A stretch of 63,592 bases of DNA, the filler included, from Octopus bimaculoides (Eukaryota): NCBI RefSeq assembly GCF_001194135.2. It is 6 parts of 5 records of this genome, joined end to end, with 100 filler letters (N's around TTAATTAATTAA, not from the genome) between each part and the next. Parts side by side here need not be neighbours in the genome. Positions count along the whole stretch, not along the records: positions 1 to 30,093 come from NC_069001.1; 5 more parts are not named here. One strand, given 5' to 3'. The position numbers were made by a program, and so were the translations under genes. Within the stretch, counting starts at the first letter, position 1, and each line of letters opens with the position of its first letter. The notes under the pieces were generated by a model. It was not told the origin of the DNA. It ran no database searches and saw nothing but the letters and a program-made list of their open reading frames with translations. Below, piece by piece: positions 12,960-26,093 of this stretch.

Positions 12960-14800
12960 TGTTCTTTAAATTCCGAGTTCAAATTCCGTCGAGATAGACT
13001 ACAATATTTATATGTTCGGGGTCGTAAAGACGAACGAAAGGCTGCTAAGCGTCTTGCTCGACGTGCTTAATAATTCTACCGGCTCGCTGCCTTCCGTGAT
13101 ACATCAAAATATCAATGGCTCTTCCACAACGCATGTTTCTTATTTCGTGCCATTCTAAGAAATCTTCATTGGTACTATGTACGTGATTTCTTTCTTTAGT
13201 ATTAATTCTTAACTTTGGATCAAAACCAATATTCGTCTGGGGTCCGCAGATTCGGTTATATCGATTATTCTATTCATGTTATCTATCCCAAGAAAAACAT
13301 GTAAGAAAAAAAATATCGTTGTCCGACCTCGAAACGTAGCAATGAGGAATTTAGTCTTACGGTCTTGCGATTTCTGTCAACGCACATCCTTGATTTTGTT
13401 TTCTGATAAATATTTCTAAAAAGCATTCAAAGTCGACTTATGTGGAATTTGACCCTAAATCGTAAAGACAGACGAAATGCTACCAAATATTTTACGCTGC
13501 ATGTTAAAGATTCTGACAGCTCACCGCCTTTCAATTGTTTTCCCTAATATTGAATCTCCACTTTGGATCAAGAAAACATTTGGGATGGAGAGCGCAGACT
13601 CTATTGTATTAATTCCTGTACTTATGTTATCTATCCCAGCAACAAAAGCAAGAAAAAAAATTTCGTTGTCTTTACTCGAATTCGAAACCTAATGATGGGA
13701 ATTCAGTCTGACGATTTTGCGACTCTGTCCACGCGCTTCCTTGTTTGCTTTCTAATAAACATTCTGTTATAGTTTGTGACATATAATAAGATTTGCCAGT
13801 CTTCATTTAATAAATGATAAAGTATTGAGCAAATAATTACTTGACCAAATGTCGATTTAACAACTTAATTAGATTATGAGATTTCAATTAAATTAAGTTG
13901 AGAATAACGCCATTCTTCGGTTGACCTTTGGTGCTGGAATTATCATGAATCTAATACCACTTATATTGGCTGTTTATAGAGCCTTTACTCGTACATACAT
14001 ACTTCAGGAAACTAGTATATTGCAGAATGTAAACATAAGCATTGGATAATAGATAGCTCTCGTTTACAATTGTTTCAAAGGCGGTGAGCTTATGGAGTCG
14101 TCGGTGCATCGACACTATACTGAACTGCATTTCTTCCACCGTTACGATTCCAGTTCAAATTCCGCTAAAGTCGATTGTGCCTTTTATTTTTTCGGGTTTA
14201 TTATCATATAAATTCCAGTTAAAATACTGATGGTGATGTAATCGATTATCCCCTCCCCACACTACAGGCGTTAGAAGATGAAAGGTTCAAACATTGTGCC
14301 TATATTAAAAATGTTATTACAAGGCACGGAGCTCGCAGATTCGTTGGCGGCATTTCTTTATCTTTATGTTCTGGGTTCAAATTCCACTGAGGTTGACTTT
14401 GCGTTTTATCATTTCTACAGCAGTAAAATAGGCACCAGTTGAATTTTGAATTCAATGTTATCGTCTTACCCATTCCTTTAAAACTCCTGTCCTTGTACCA
14501 AACAATTGAAAGCCTGTTACAACTAGTACAAAGTTGTGAGTTGGTTGAATGGTTAGCACATCGGACAAAAAGCTTAGCAGGTTTTTGTCTTTATATTCTG
14601 AGTTCAAACTCCACCCTGGTCGACTATGTCTTTTATACTTTGATAAAACAAGTTGAAACCTCGGCTCAATGTAGTTGACTTACACTCTCCCCAAAATCTG
14701 CTGGACATCTGCCAACATTATTATACAGACTAGTAATGAGATCGATGTAATTGACTAGCATCTTCACCCAAAGATGCAAGCCTTCTGTCTATAGTAGAAA
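12960..14800. mobile_element. Cluster of old tRNA-derived SINE type D copies (minus copies about 13020-13770, plus copies about 14080-14800)
   Basis: Repeated motifs ggcggtgagc, (tg)agttcaaattcc(gc)...gtcgact and gatgtaatcga; matching reverse complements in the left half. Confidence 0.7.
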
Positions 14801-15570
14801 GAATTCTTACAATTGGTATAAAGGTAATGAGATGGTGAGATGGTGAGATGGTGAGCTGCTACTGCAACCATACGGTTTTAATTTCCTTTCTAGTTCTCGT
14901 GTTAATATTGTCATAACATCTTACATGCCGTACAAATGAAGTCATGAAATTACGTTTCTGATTAATGAATGATCTAAAGTAATACATTTACGTAATACTG
15001 TTAATTAATGTTTTTAAAAACAATCAGTGCGTATGTGGTTGTTCATTCTTGCACTGGCTTGAGCAGAGGCATACATATATACATACATGCACACATACAC
15101 ACGCATTTATACACAGAATTATATAGTCACTCATACATATATACATTTGTGTCACATGCACACAGAAAGACACGCACCGCACGAAATAAAAGTATTACTT
15201 TAGATCATTACTTAAAAAGCAATACAAGTTCATGACTTCAGTTGTATGGAGTTATAGACGTTTATGATAACGTTACTACAAGAAGCAAAACGGAAGTCAA
15301 AAGCATGAGCTTGAAGCAGCCATTTTTGCACGTGTCGTTCACAAAGGTTTTTAGACAAAAGAACGTAAGAATAACCGTTTTCTTCAAACTTGCATTCCAT
15401 ATTTAAAAAAGAAAGAATTCCATACAGTGCATATTTCCAATGAACAGCAGGTTGAGTTTACCAACTGATTATAGGATATGAGAAACTCTTAGAACTCGAT
15501 ATCTGGAGATTTCCACTTATAATGTATAAGGAAAAAACTTGCAAAATATTATTTTTGTGGTTTATTTTAA

Positions 15571-15606
<36 letters not shown>

Positions 15607-15706
15607 NNNNNNNNNNNNNNNNNNNNNNNNNNNNNNNNNNNNNNNNNNNNNNNNNNNNNNNNNNNNNNNNNNNNNNNNNNNNNNNNNNNNNNNNNNNNNN
15701 NNNNNN

Positions 15707-15810
15707 TTTTCAGAACATTGTCTGGTTTAAAAAGCCACATAAGATGCCATGATGGTTTTAAGGTGTAGGTACAGGAGGTGGTCAAACCCTGCATAAGGAG
15801 TAGACAACCA
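15707..15810 (+). mobile_element. C2H2-type finger end (FRTLSGLKSHIRCH), most likely the 3' end of an RTE-type LINE
   Basis: F-x5-L-x2-H-x3-H followed by DGFKV*; the 5' part is lost in a gap. A host C2H2-ZNF exon cannot be excluded. Confidence 0.5.
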
Positions 15811-16525
15811 CCATTAGTCAAGTAAAAGGTTAAGGAACTGAGGTTAAGAAAATAAGTGTTAAACACAATATCGAAAGCTTATTTTAGAGCAAGCCCCGGG
15901 TCGTGTGTCTGCGGAAAACGTTCACCACGTATGGTTACCAGGTATCTTCAGCGATGCTTAGCGAATATCATTGAAATAATTCCAGGAATTCCAGAATGGA
16001 CGTTGGGTGTATTTCAACGATTAAAAGAGAAGATGGAATGTACGAACAAACAAATTTATATTACCACAACAATTGTTTCATCTTCCAGTTACACTGCTCC
16101 CTTATGGGCGTGCAACGATGCAATAATACCATTTGCAACGATCGGTGTTTAGAAGAGTCCTCATGTGGAATAATAAGGTTTTTAAACTGAGATATTTACA
16201 TTTGAGTTTCGCTTTATTGAGAGCTTAAAGCAGTTAGACAGTCGAATAGACAAACAGACGCGCATATTCTTACGTTTAAATCAATGCAAGGACATAGAGA
16301 CGCACACATTAATAATTATACTCGAGGACACGCCAGAACACAGCACGTGTGTGTATGTCAGTTAATCACACATGCACACAGCTATACACACATACAGAGA
16401 CACGTTTTTACACACGGACATATTCCTCAGGTCACAAAGATTCACCTACACGGAGACATAGAGAGATCACATTGATATATATATTAAATCTCTGAACCAA
16501 GTATAAACAGTAGCAGCATGACATT

Positions 16526-16675
16526 GTGAAGTATATTTGCCTCCTAATTGTAGCTAACCCTTACGGGTTGATGCTACTGTAGCTTGTAGCCCCAGGAATG
16601 TCTTCCTGGGGCTACAAGCTACAGTAGCATCAACCCTTAAGGGTTAGCCACATTTAAGTTGCAAATATACCTCAC
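16526..16675. mobile_element. Palindromic (foldback) MITE-like element with 73-bp arms and a 4-nt loop
   Basis: The inner 34 bp are perfectly complementary (gggttgatgctactgtagcttgtagccccaggaa-tgtc-ttcctggggctacaagctacagtagcatcaaccc). The outer arms gtgaagtatatttgc.../...gcaaatatacctcac are imperfect. Confidence 0.85.
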
Positions 16676-16724
16676 TATTTGCATGTATGTATGTATGTAT
16701 GTATGTATGTATGTGCGCGCGCGC

Positions 16725-16771
<47 letters not shown>

Positions 16772-17608
16772 TGTAATATATTATATATATATTCATATTT
16801 AACATATTTCTCAGCGAACAGTTTGAGGATTGCTGTAAACTGTGAAACTGAAATTGAGCATGTGAAACTCAAACGAAAATATGTTGACTGAACAAATAAA
16901 ATACGATAGCAATATGTACAATACATGTAATCGTCAGACATTGATTTATGACTATTCAGAAACAGATACCCTAAGACTCGAAGATTAAGAGGTGAGGTCT
17001 AACATCAACTCGAAACGTAGTTATTTAGATTAGCACTGTGTGAAGATACTTACAGGATTTCCAGTTATTTGCATCTTAAAGATTAACTACCGAATGACTA
17101 AAACGTACCTCACTCGAGTATGACCTTTAAGATTGTATGAATAAAGAAGTTAGCAAAATACGGATATAAAAATGACTGTGGTGGGATAGGTGAAGGTCTA
17201 GGACTAGTAAACCATAAGCTAGAATTGATTTTTTGGGAGAATGAACACTATTAAGAAATTCGATATATAATAAATTAGAGACAAGTATGAAGTTTATATG
17301 GATTTAATAACTTTAAATATATATTAGATATAGTGATTAAGATAAACAGAAAAATATGACAGATGATATACTTAAGTACATTATATACATACATATACAC
17401 ATGTATATATACATTCATACACACGCACGCATATATATATATATATATATCGATGTGTATGCATACGTGTGTGTATGTGTATATATATAAGTATATATCT
17501 ACACACGTACATATGAATATTTATTGAAATATATAAAATGTTATGAACAAACTGTGAAACGTATACAGAATGATATATGTTCTTTACGCTGATACAAACA
17601 CACTTATT

Positions 17609-17779
17609 TATATATTTATGTGTATAAATGTGTATATGTATATTTATGTGTATAAATGTGTATATATATATTTATGTGTATAAATGTGCATATATATATT
17701 TATGTGTATAAATGTGTATATATATATATTTATGTTTATAAATGTGTATACATAGATTTATGTGTATAAATGTGTATAT
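17609..17779. repeat. Minisatellite of about 28-30 bp, about 6 copies
   Basis: Unit core tatttatgtgtataaatgtgtata. Confidence 0.88.
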
Positions 17780-18227
17780 CAGACATTTGTCGCTGCATGT
17801 TCTATTCTCTTCTCCGCCAGCTCTATCTCTCTTTGTCTGTCTGTTTTTCTGTCTCTCTATCTCTATCTCTCCCTGTTCTCTCTATCTATCCCTCTCTGCC
17901 TCTCTCTTTCTCTCAGACATACATACATGAAACGTGTATAAATATATAATCGTATAAACCCAAGAGTTTATATTTGTAGATATAAATCAAATATGCAATG
18001 ATGTATATGTAGGGGAAACCGAGGCAAGATGGACCACTGGGGTAAAACGGACCAGCACCATTTAAGACATCTAAATAGGACTTAACCGTCGTGAACGCTT
18101 TCTAATTCAAAGTTATTTACTTTCGATCTCACATTCCGAAAAGTTACATTTTAGCGAGTTTTCACGACACAGGAAGTAAAATACTGAAATTCAAGTCTTC
18201 AATGTAAGTAATGTTTTCAAATATGTC

Positions 18228-18770
18228 ATGCTAACAGGGGTAACAGCGAGGCTTAGTTGGGTGAAATTCAGGGAATGCGGAGCGTTGTTATGTGGGAAAA
18301 GGTTCCCATTGAGGATGAGAGGCAGGATCCTTAGAATTTGCGTAAGAGCTGCCTGGGGGAGAGAGATGGCAATTTTGAGAAGGACTGAGAGAGAAAGGGT
18401 GAGAGAAATGACGTGGAGTGAAGCTGTTTCATACGATGAGGGCTGAAGACTTGATGGAGTTGAAATAATCGGTGGAAGGGCTGGCTAGGGCGAAGGGAGT
18501 GCGGTGGTATGGGCATGTGTTGAGGAGGAATGAGGAGCATGTTCTGAGGAGGGTTCTTGTGTGTGAGGAAAATGAACTGCGAAAGCGAGGTAGAACGAAG
18601 AAAACGTGGAAGAAGATATTGGGAGGGTTGGCATGAGACTAGAGGACGCCCAAAACAGGGCAAGATGGCCAGATAATGTGATGGCGGTTGCTATGACATT
18701 GAGGTAGATTCGGCCACCCCCTTATCGGAGACAAAACCAGGATTTAAAACACTGGATGATGATGATGATG
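18228..18770 (+). mobile_element. 5'-truncated RTE-clade LINE, 3' end
   Basis: ARLSWVKFREC...FPLRMRGRILRICVR...MAILRRTER, then (frameshift) RWYGHVLRRNEEHVLRRVL...RKRGRTKKTW; ends in a (GAT)n tail. Confidence 0.9.
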
Positions 18771-19161
18771 TTAGTGCGTGTGGATATCTATATGTGTAAA
18801 TATCATGGAGGTATACATGCATACCAACTTGGTTGAAAGCATTCACACACAGAGAAACGCATACGTGTTAAGCCCCATCGTACCCCCCCCATACCCACAC
18901 ATATATATATACACTGAGAGAAACAGAGAGGGGGAGAGGTAAAGAGAGGAGCGTTCATATACAGATGTTTACGTATCCTGAGGATAATTTAATTATAGTT
19001 CTCTAATTGGAGATACTTACATCTCTTCATTAATGAATTAACGTAATTATGTACGAAAATGTACGTTACATATAGACATACATACGTACATGCATGGATA
19101 AATAACACATATATATATATATATATATATAAATATATATATATACGTATATAAATATATA

Positions 19162-19205
<44 letters not shown>

Positions 19206-19560
19206 NNNNNNNNNNNNNNNNNNNNNNNNNNNNNNNNNNNNNNNNNNNNNNNNNNNNNNNNNNNNNNNNNNNNNNNNNNNNNNNNNNNNNNNNNNNNNNN
19301 NNNNNNNNNNNNNNNNNNNNNNNNNNNNNNNNNNNNNNNNNNNNNNNNNNNNNNNNNNNNNNNNNNNNNNNNNNNNNNNNNNNNNNNNNNNNNNNNNNNN
19401 NNNNNNNNNNNNNNNNNNNNNNNNNNNNNNNNNNNNNNNNNNNNNNNNNNNNNNNNNNNNNNNNNNNNNNNNNNNNNNNNNNNNNNNNNNNNNNNNNNNN
19501 NNNNNNNNNNNNNNNNNNNNNNNNNNNNNNNNNNNNNNNNNNNNNNNNNNNNNNNNNNNN

Positions 19561-19598
<38 letters not shown>

Positions 19599-20399
19599 GT
19601 GTATTTATGCATGTGTATATGTATGCCTATATGTAACGTATATTTTCGTACATAATATACACATACATACATACATAGATACATATATATGTATATATGT
19701 GTGTGTGTGTATATATATGTATGTATCTATGTATATATATGTATACATGTGTGTACAAATATAGAAATAGTATACACTTAATAAATTTCAATGCTTGTAA
19801 TTATGTAATTTATCTGATAAAGCCAATTATATTAATTAGAATCCATCAGATGTATGTTATTATCGGTGCAAATTAATTTGCTCTTATTTTGGCTCCTTCG
19901 ATTAAACAAGTCACTATTTCTCTCCTTTTGTTTACCCTATATGCACTCGTGAGTATACAGACACACACGCACGCAAACACACACATATATATGTTTGTAT
20001 TCATGAGTGTGTGTATACATGTAACCTATATACGAATACACAGATGTGTGTTTAGAAATACGACGGGCTTTTTCTGTCGCAGGCGACTGATGACGTTTCC
20101 GAATTTTCTAGCTGATCAATTTGCATAGATAATTTGTTTATAGCAATCAAATATCTGTGCTGTGCATTAGCACAGTTGTGTATCAGATTGCTGCTACCTG
20201 TGCGCATGCATTGCACGCTGCATGTCGATGTGACCGCGGAGCAACGGGAAACTACGCGCTACGCAGAAGATAGCGCAATATGCCTCCAGAACACAACCGA
20301 TATCTAAAGCTCAATTTTGCGATCATAAATGTCACATCCTATCAAGTGGGCCACGCGCCCTCACAGCAATGGTATTGAGAAATACAAACACTTATGTGT

Positions 20400-20438
<39 letters not shown>

Positions 20439-21127
20439 NNNNNNNNNNNNNNNNNNNNNNNNNNNNNNNNNNNNNNNNNNNNNNNNNNNNNNNNNNNNNN
20501 NNNNNNNNNNNNNNNNNNNNNNNNNNNNNNNNNNNNNNNNNNNNNNNNNNNNNNNNNNNNNNNNNNNNNNNNNNNNNNNNNNNNNNNNNNNNNNNNNNNN
20601 NNNNNNNNNNNNNNNNNNNNNNNNNNNNNNNNNNNNNNNNNNNNNNNNNNNNNNNNNNNNNNNNNNNNNNNNNNNNNNNNNNNNNNNNNNNNNNNNNNNN
20701 NNNNNNNNNNNNNNNNNNNNNNNNNNNNNNNNNNNNNNNNNNNNNNNNNNNNNNNNNNNNNNNNNNNNNNNNNNNNNNNNNNNNNNNNNNNNNNNNNNNN
20801 NNNNNNNNNNNNNNNNNNNNNNNNNNNNNNNNNNNNNNNNNNNNNNNNNNNNNNNNNNNNNNNNNNNNNNNNNNNNNNNNNNNNNNNNNNNNNNNNNNNN
20901 NNNNNNNNNNNNNNNNNNNNNNNNNNNNNNNNNNNNNNNNNNNNNNNNNNNNNNNNNNNNNNNNNNNNNNNNNNNNNNNNNNNNNNNNNNNNNNNNNNNN
21001 NNNNNNNNNNNNNNNNNNNNNNNNNNNNNNNNNNNNNNNNNNNNNNNNNNNNNNNNNNNNNNNNNNNNNNNNNNNNNNNNNNNNNNNNNNNNNNNNNNNN
21101 NNNNNNNNNNNNNNNNNNNNNNNNNNN

Positions 21128-21168
<41 letters not shown>

Positions 21169-21172
21169 ATAT

Positions 21173-21290
21173 AATCGTAAATGTATGCGTATATACTGCT
21201 TGCGGATATATATAGATGCATACACACACACCCACACTCATATATGTCTGTATATATCCGCAAGCAATATATACGCATACATTTATGATT
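21173..21290. repeat. Inverted repeat with 40-bp arms (2 mismatches) and a 38-nt CA-rich loop
   Basis: aatcgtaaatgtatgcgtatatactgcttgcggatatata (21173-21212) versus tatatatccgcaagcaatatatacgcatacatttatgatt (21251-21290). Confidence 0.92.
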
Positions 21291-22042
21291 CAGGTTTTCT
21301 CTCATTCAACCAGCCAAAAGAAACATACCGCAAGAACAATACTCAGAATTGGAATACCATTTCTACCACCGCAACCGCCACCACCACCACCGGCAACAAC
21401 AACAACAGTTATGCCATTAAACATTAATACCTCCAATCCTACATCTCAGCTTCTCTATAAATAACTTCACACTCGTCCCTGACTTTTTCACTTTCGTCTC
21501 CAGCATTAACTAAAATCTAATTGAAATATATTTAGTGCAATGATTGACTAACAATATTGAAGATCAATACATAATTCCTATACATTTTCGTAATCTTCGA
21601 TTTCTTGTGAACAAATATGTTATATAGACCAACGTTTGCTGAAAGCAAGAGCACAGAACGTGTTAGTCGATTCCTGTAAATATATTTCTTCAACGAATTT
21701 AGCCTTCTTTATGATTTTATATATTCAATAATATCAATATGACACTGATTTCTCTGCCTTTCAGTAGATGAACATATACTTAAGTACACACACAACATTC
21801 ACGCGTATCTACAGAAATGTTGACTTGTAAAAACATTCATGATTACATACGTACACGCATAGATAGCTGCAAACGCATTTATATTAATGAATACATATCA
21901 ATGTATTTATCTGTCGGCTTATCTCGCTGTCTCTCACTCCCTGCAACAATATATCTATCTATCAGTCTTTCTCCCTCTCTACATATACATGTATGTGTTT
22001 GTGTGCGTATATGTGTTCCTATATATATATGTATGTATGTAT

Positions 22043-22322
22043 AAGGAGCACTCCGTCGGTTACAACGACGAGCGTCCCAGCTGATACTATCAACGGAACA
22101 GCATGCTCATGAAATTAACGTGCAAGGGGCTGAGTAATCCACAGATTTTCTTATCATAGTATCTGAAATACAGATACTACTCATTTGTGCCAACTGAGTG
22201 GATTGGAGCAACGTGAAATTAAGTGTCTTGATCAAGACAGAGCACAATGCGTTGCCGGGAATTGAACACGCGACCTTACGATCGTGAGCCGATGCCCGAA
22301 CCACTAAGCCGCGCGCCTTCAC
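22043..22322 (-). mobile_element. SINE type B (different tRNA head and core, same 3' tail as type A)
   Basis: Head gtgaaggcgcgcggcttagtggttcggg on the minus strand. The tail gcactccgtcggttac...tcaacggaacagc...gaaattaacgtgcaag is shared with type A. Confidence 0.8.
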
Positions 22323-22669
22323 ACGTATTATCATATTATTAACATATGTATGTTTTTATATGAGTCCGTAAATGTTGGTGAAGATCAGGAAGGTCGTCAA
22401 TGATCTTACCAGAGATACAGTGAGGAAATGTGTGTTGAAGGTTTCAGCGCCATTTCCAAGCTGTTGTGAAATCTGAGGGCAGTAACTGTGAGTAAATCGC
22501 TCTCTTCCAGTCATATTCTAGCTGATATATTTTGATTTTTTTAAAAATCCTTTCAGTTTTGGATGAAATATTTCCCTTCAGTTTTCCTTTGATGCAAAGT
22601 TTAGTCTTTAGCGCGAACACACTGCCAAACCTAATATTGATTTTAACACAATCAGCAAGTTCAGGCGAC

Positions 22670-22810
22670 AGGCTCAGTCGATTACATCCACCCCAGTGCT
22701 GAACTGGTACTTATTTTATCGACCCAGGAAGGATGAAAACCAAACTCGACCAAACATGATATACGAAATACTTCATGTCGATACAAAGGACTCCTGCTAA
22801 CTTTCGACGG
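22670..22810 (-). mobile_element. SINE type D, partial
   Basis: cagtcgattacatccaccccagtgctgaactggtacttattttatcgaccc. Confidence 0.7.
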
Positions 22811-23759
22811 CGAGAGTTATCGCGTCTTCTCTGCTTGTGGTATGCCTCTATCTGAGTAGCCCTAGAAGAAAGGACCTGTTTGCAACTAGTGTCAGTAGGG
22901 AATTGGCATTGACTTGAAGACAATGATAAGAAAAATTCAAAGAGAGATTACGTGATTATTTTTGCTGACGAAGAGAATGTGTATTTTTCCCCTTTTTTGT
23001 ATTGTCCCTATATTTACATGCCCCTAGTTTACTGGAAAAAATTGGTGTCAGTTAAACATGGGGAGTAAAGTATGAAAAAGCAGAAGATGCTTCCCACCCC
23101 TCAAAAAAATTAAGTAGAGAAAAACACAGTAGGTACTTTAAAGTCGGTCAATTAATCAGTTGTGCTCAGCAATATCTACAATACTGTAAATATTTACTAC
23201 TCTGGAAATGATTTTTCTTGCTCAATAATTCCCTTCTGTTTTTCCCAGTAAATTATTCAATTATTTTTCGAAAAATGTACATCGTAAGTAAATTATTACT
23301 TTTACAAAAATCTGTCACAACGTAGTTATTAAACTAATAAATAATTTCGTTAGAAAGTCATTATTTTACAAACTACTGACAAAACAATGATTAGTTTTAT
23401 TCCCCATTGTTGTTATGAAAAGTTGTCTTCAGGTTGGAGATAGTAACGCCAATTTGAAGTACTGTCGAATGAAAGGACTTAAAATGGTTATGCGTGTTTG
23501 CGTTCGAATTTCTCTCGTTGTTCTAGTCTGAATTTTTTCAGCACTCACTTTTCTCTTCTCACTCCTATCTCTCTCCCCATAAGTTCGACTTCTTTCACCT
23601 ACTTGAAGTAATCCATAAAACTACTAGCTAAAACCTGGTTTTAGTATTTCAATAGTTTATCTTTTTTTTTTTTTTGGTGGGGGTTTTCTGGAGTGCTAAT
23701 ACCTCTAAGGCCGGTTACCTTTTAACCATGGTATACTAGAGTCCGAGATGGCAACAATC

Positions 23760-24350
23760 CCCTTGCATAATTTTTGTGAAGAGAGCAAATGGATTACATC
23801 GACCGAGGTACTCGACTGGTACTTTATTTTGTTGATGATGATTGGATGGAAGGTAAATTTGACTATGACCATGTTTGAATTCTTAACATTAAGAACCGGA
23901 AGAAATGCTGCGACGAAGCATTCTTGTATGAGTCATAACGATTCTGCAACCTCGCTGCCTTCATTCGATAGGTCTTTTTAACGTGTATAGCATAGTACTT
24001 CCAGCTAGCAGAATCGTTAGAGTTCCGAAATAAATGACTTGCGATGTTTGTTCCGGTCTCCTGAGTTCAAATCTCACGGAGGTCAACTTTGTCTTTCATT
24101 TTTACATGATCGACTAACAGCGCCTCTCATATTTGCAGGTCTTATACCTCACTTAGAAACTATTAGAAGACCGTGACCTGGCAGAATTGTTAGAGGGTCG
24201 GTAAACTGCTTTGCACTATTTGTTCGAGTCCTTTATACGCTGAGTTGAAATCCCGCCGGGGTCGATAAAATGAAATATCAGTGAGGTACTGGTTTCAGTG
24301 GTATCGACTAAACTCTCCCTTATAATTTGCCAGACTTCAACCATAATCAG
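23760..24350. mobile_element. SINE type D: one minus copy head-to-head with two tandem plus copies
   Basis: Minus: gattctgcaacctcgctgcc. Plus: gctagcagaatcgttag...tgagttcaaatctc and ggcagaattgttag...tgagttgaaatcccgccggggtcgataaaa. Confidence 0.75.
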
Positions 24351-24749
24351 AAATCATTGAGTTTGTTCAAGGGCCTGTATTAACTTATGAAACACCTGAA
24401 GTATAACTTAGTAGACTTACCCCACAGTGTTATTAATTTCAAGATTTATCCAGAGTGGCGAATTGGTGAAAACCACGGGGGCTGACGTAATTACGACATT
24501 ATACTAACTTCACACACATGTTTAATGAATCTTAACTTCGGGATTTAAAAAAATAGATAAGTGTCCTGTAAATACAACGGTTGATCTAATTACCTGTTGT
24601 CTCGATAAAATCCTAATTGTTTTATCAAAATTAGGAAATATCTATACAACTTGACATCATGATTGCTGCTTAATACTCTGTAAACAGTAAAAAGGCTGTC
24701 AGACATGACATGGACAGTTGCAACAGAGACTACGAAGCCGTGACCTGCA

Positions 24750-24932
24750 GAAACTGTGCTAGTCTTTTGGTGTTTCTCCAGTCAGGGTGATATCTTACCA
24801 CTGCAATCATGAAAAGGGCCTCAGGATAAATTCACATGGTTATGTGAAGCTGCTGGAGACGGGTCAAATACTATCTAGAGATGGTTGCTGCTGGAAGACC
24901 ATAAGTGTGGCAGCAGGATTCGGCTCCGTGTG
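24750..24932 (+). mobile_element. Tc1/mariner (DD37D/maT-like) transposase catalytic-core fragment
   Basis: Frameshifted SSQGDI...EKGLRINSHGYVKLLET-VKYYLEMVAAGRP*VWQQDSAPC, including the QQDSAP second-Asp motif. Confidence 0.8.
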
Positions 24933-26093
24933 AGGCCTTCGGACAATCTCAAAAATTACTACAACTTCTCCAGCTGTAGCTGGTAGCATTTGCAATCGTA
25001 CTCTTTTGGTCATTAACCAACAAACTTGGAATTAATGTAGAAAAGTATTTCCTTATAAAACAGAAAATGAATGTCAGATGATACGTGTTTTTTATTTCCA
25101 GCTCAGTTGGATAATCCCATTAAGGGATTGTCAATACAGCTTCATAATTAGCGTAATGACGTCAGACTCATAAGTACATTTATGATTGCTACCATGACAA
25201 AATACACGATTTTGCTTTGTTTAGAGAAAAAAACAAACAAACAAACAAACGAAGAAAGGCAATAGAAAACATGATGTTCTTCAGAATTTCTTCAGTGTTC
25301 AAAAACTTTCAGCTTGGCTTCGTGGCTGCAGATATACTGAAGTACGTGCTATGAGTCGAAACAGGCAATTTCCAGCCAATTCCATAGGTATCTTTTAGTA
25401 TGAAAAGTTTTAACTCGAAAACATCAATATCTGTTGAACCAAGAACTAAATGGAACTGCTGCTATTAGTCAATAGAGCTTTTAAGATGTAGCCACTTAGC
25501 AAATTCACCAAATCGAATTCAATAGAACAATTAAGGCCAAGAGAAACCCTTCTGTGCTTTTAATAGCGATTCCATTCAAGGACGATTTGAGGATTGCCAA
25601 AGTCTCAATCTTCTTAACATGCATTCAGCTTTGAAAAGCTGAAATCTAAGTTTGGGTATGATAAATAAATGCATAGATTTAATTAGCTGTCAATCCTCTT
25701 AATCTCTTTAATCTTTAGTCTTTCCCATCCGTTTAAATTAGCGAGATCAGTTGTACGCTAGATTATCACCGTTGAAATATCCTTTTACATGTGTTAGTCA
25801 TGAGACTGCGACCATGCTGTAGCATCATCTTGAAGGGTGAAAAATCAATCAAATCAACCTCGATATCTATTCTTTAAAGTAAAGTCTAGTACTTACCCTA
25901 TAATTATCTTTTCTTGAACATTTCATTTGCAAAAACTAAAACGAAACTATAGCGGTTGTCAAACGGCGTGGGAGTAAACATAATAAAACACACGTACGAT
26001 CACACGTGCATATGGTTGGTTAAACAAACAAGCAAATAGAACTAAAAGCATCAGCATGCATACATACGTACATACATACATACATACATACAT

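Noticed and set aside
15707-15768. Host C2H2 zinc-finger gene
   Set aside because: A single finger followed by an immediate stop with no TGEKP linker fits an RTE terminus better; the upstream sequence is in a gap.
20195-20365. CpG-rich patch with an NRF1-like TGCGCATGCA motif as a promoter
   Set aside because: Short motifs in a CpG-normal region, with no linked first exon identified.
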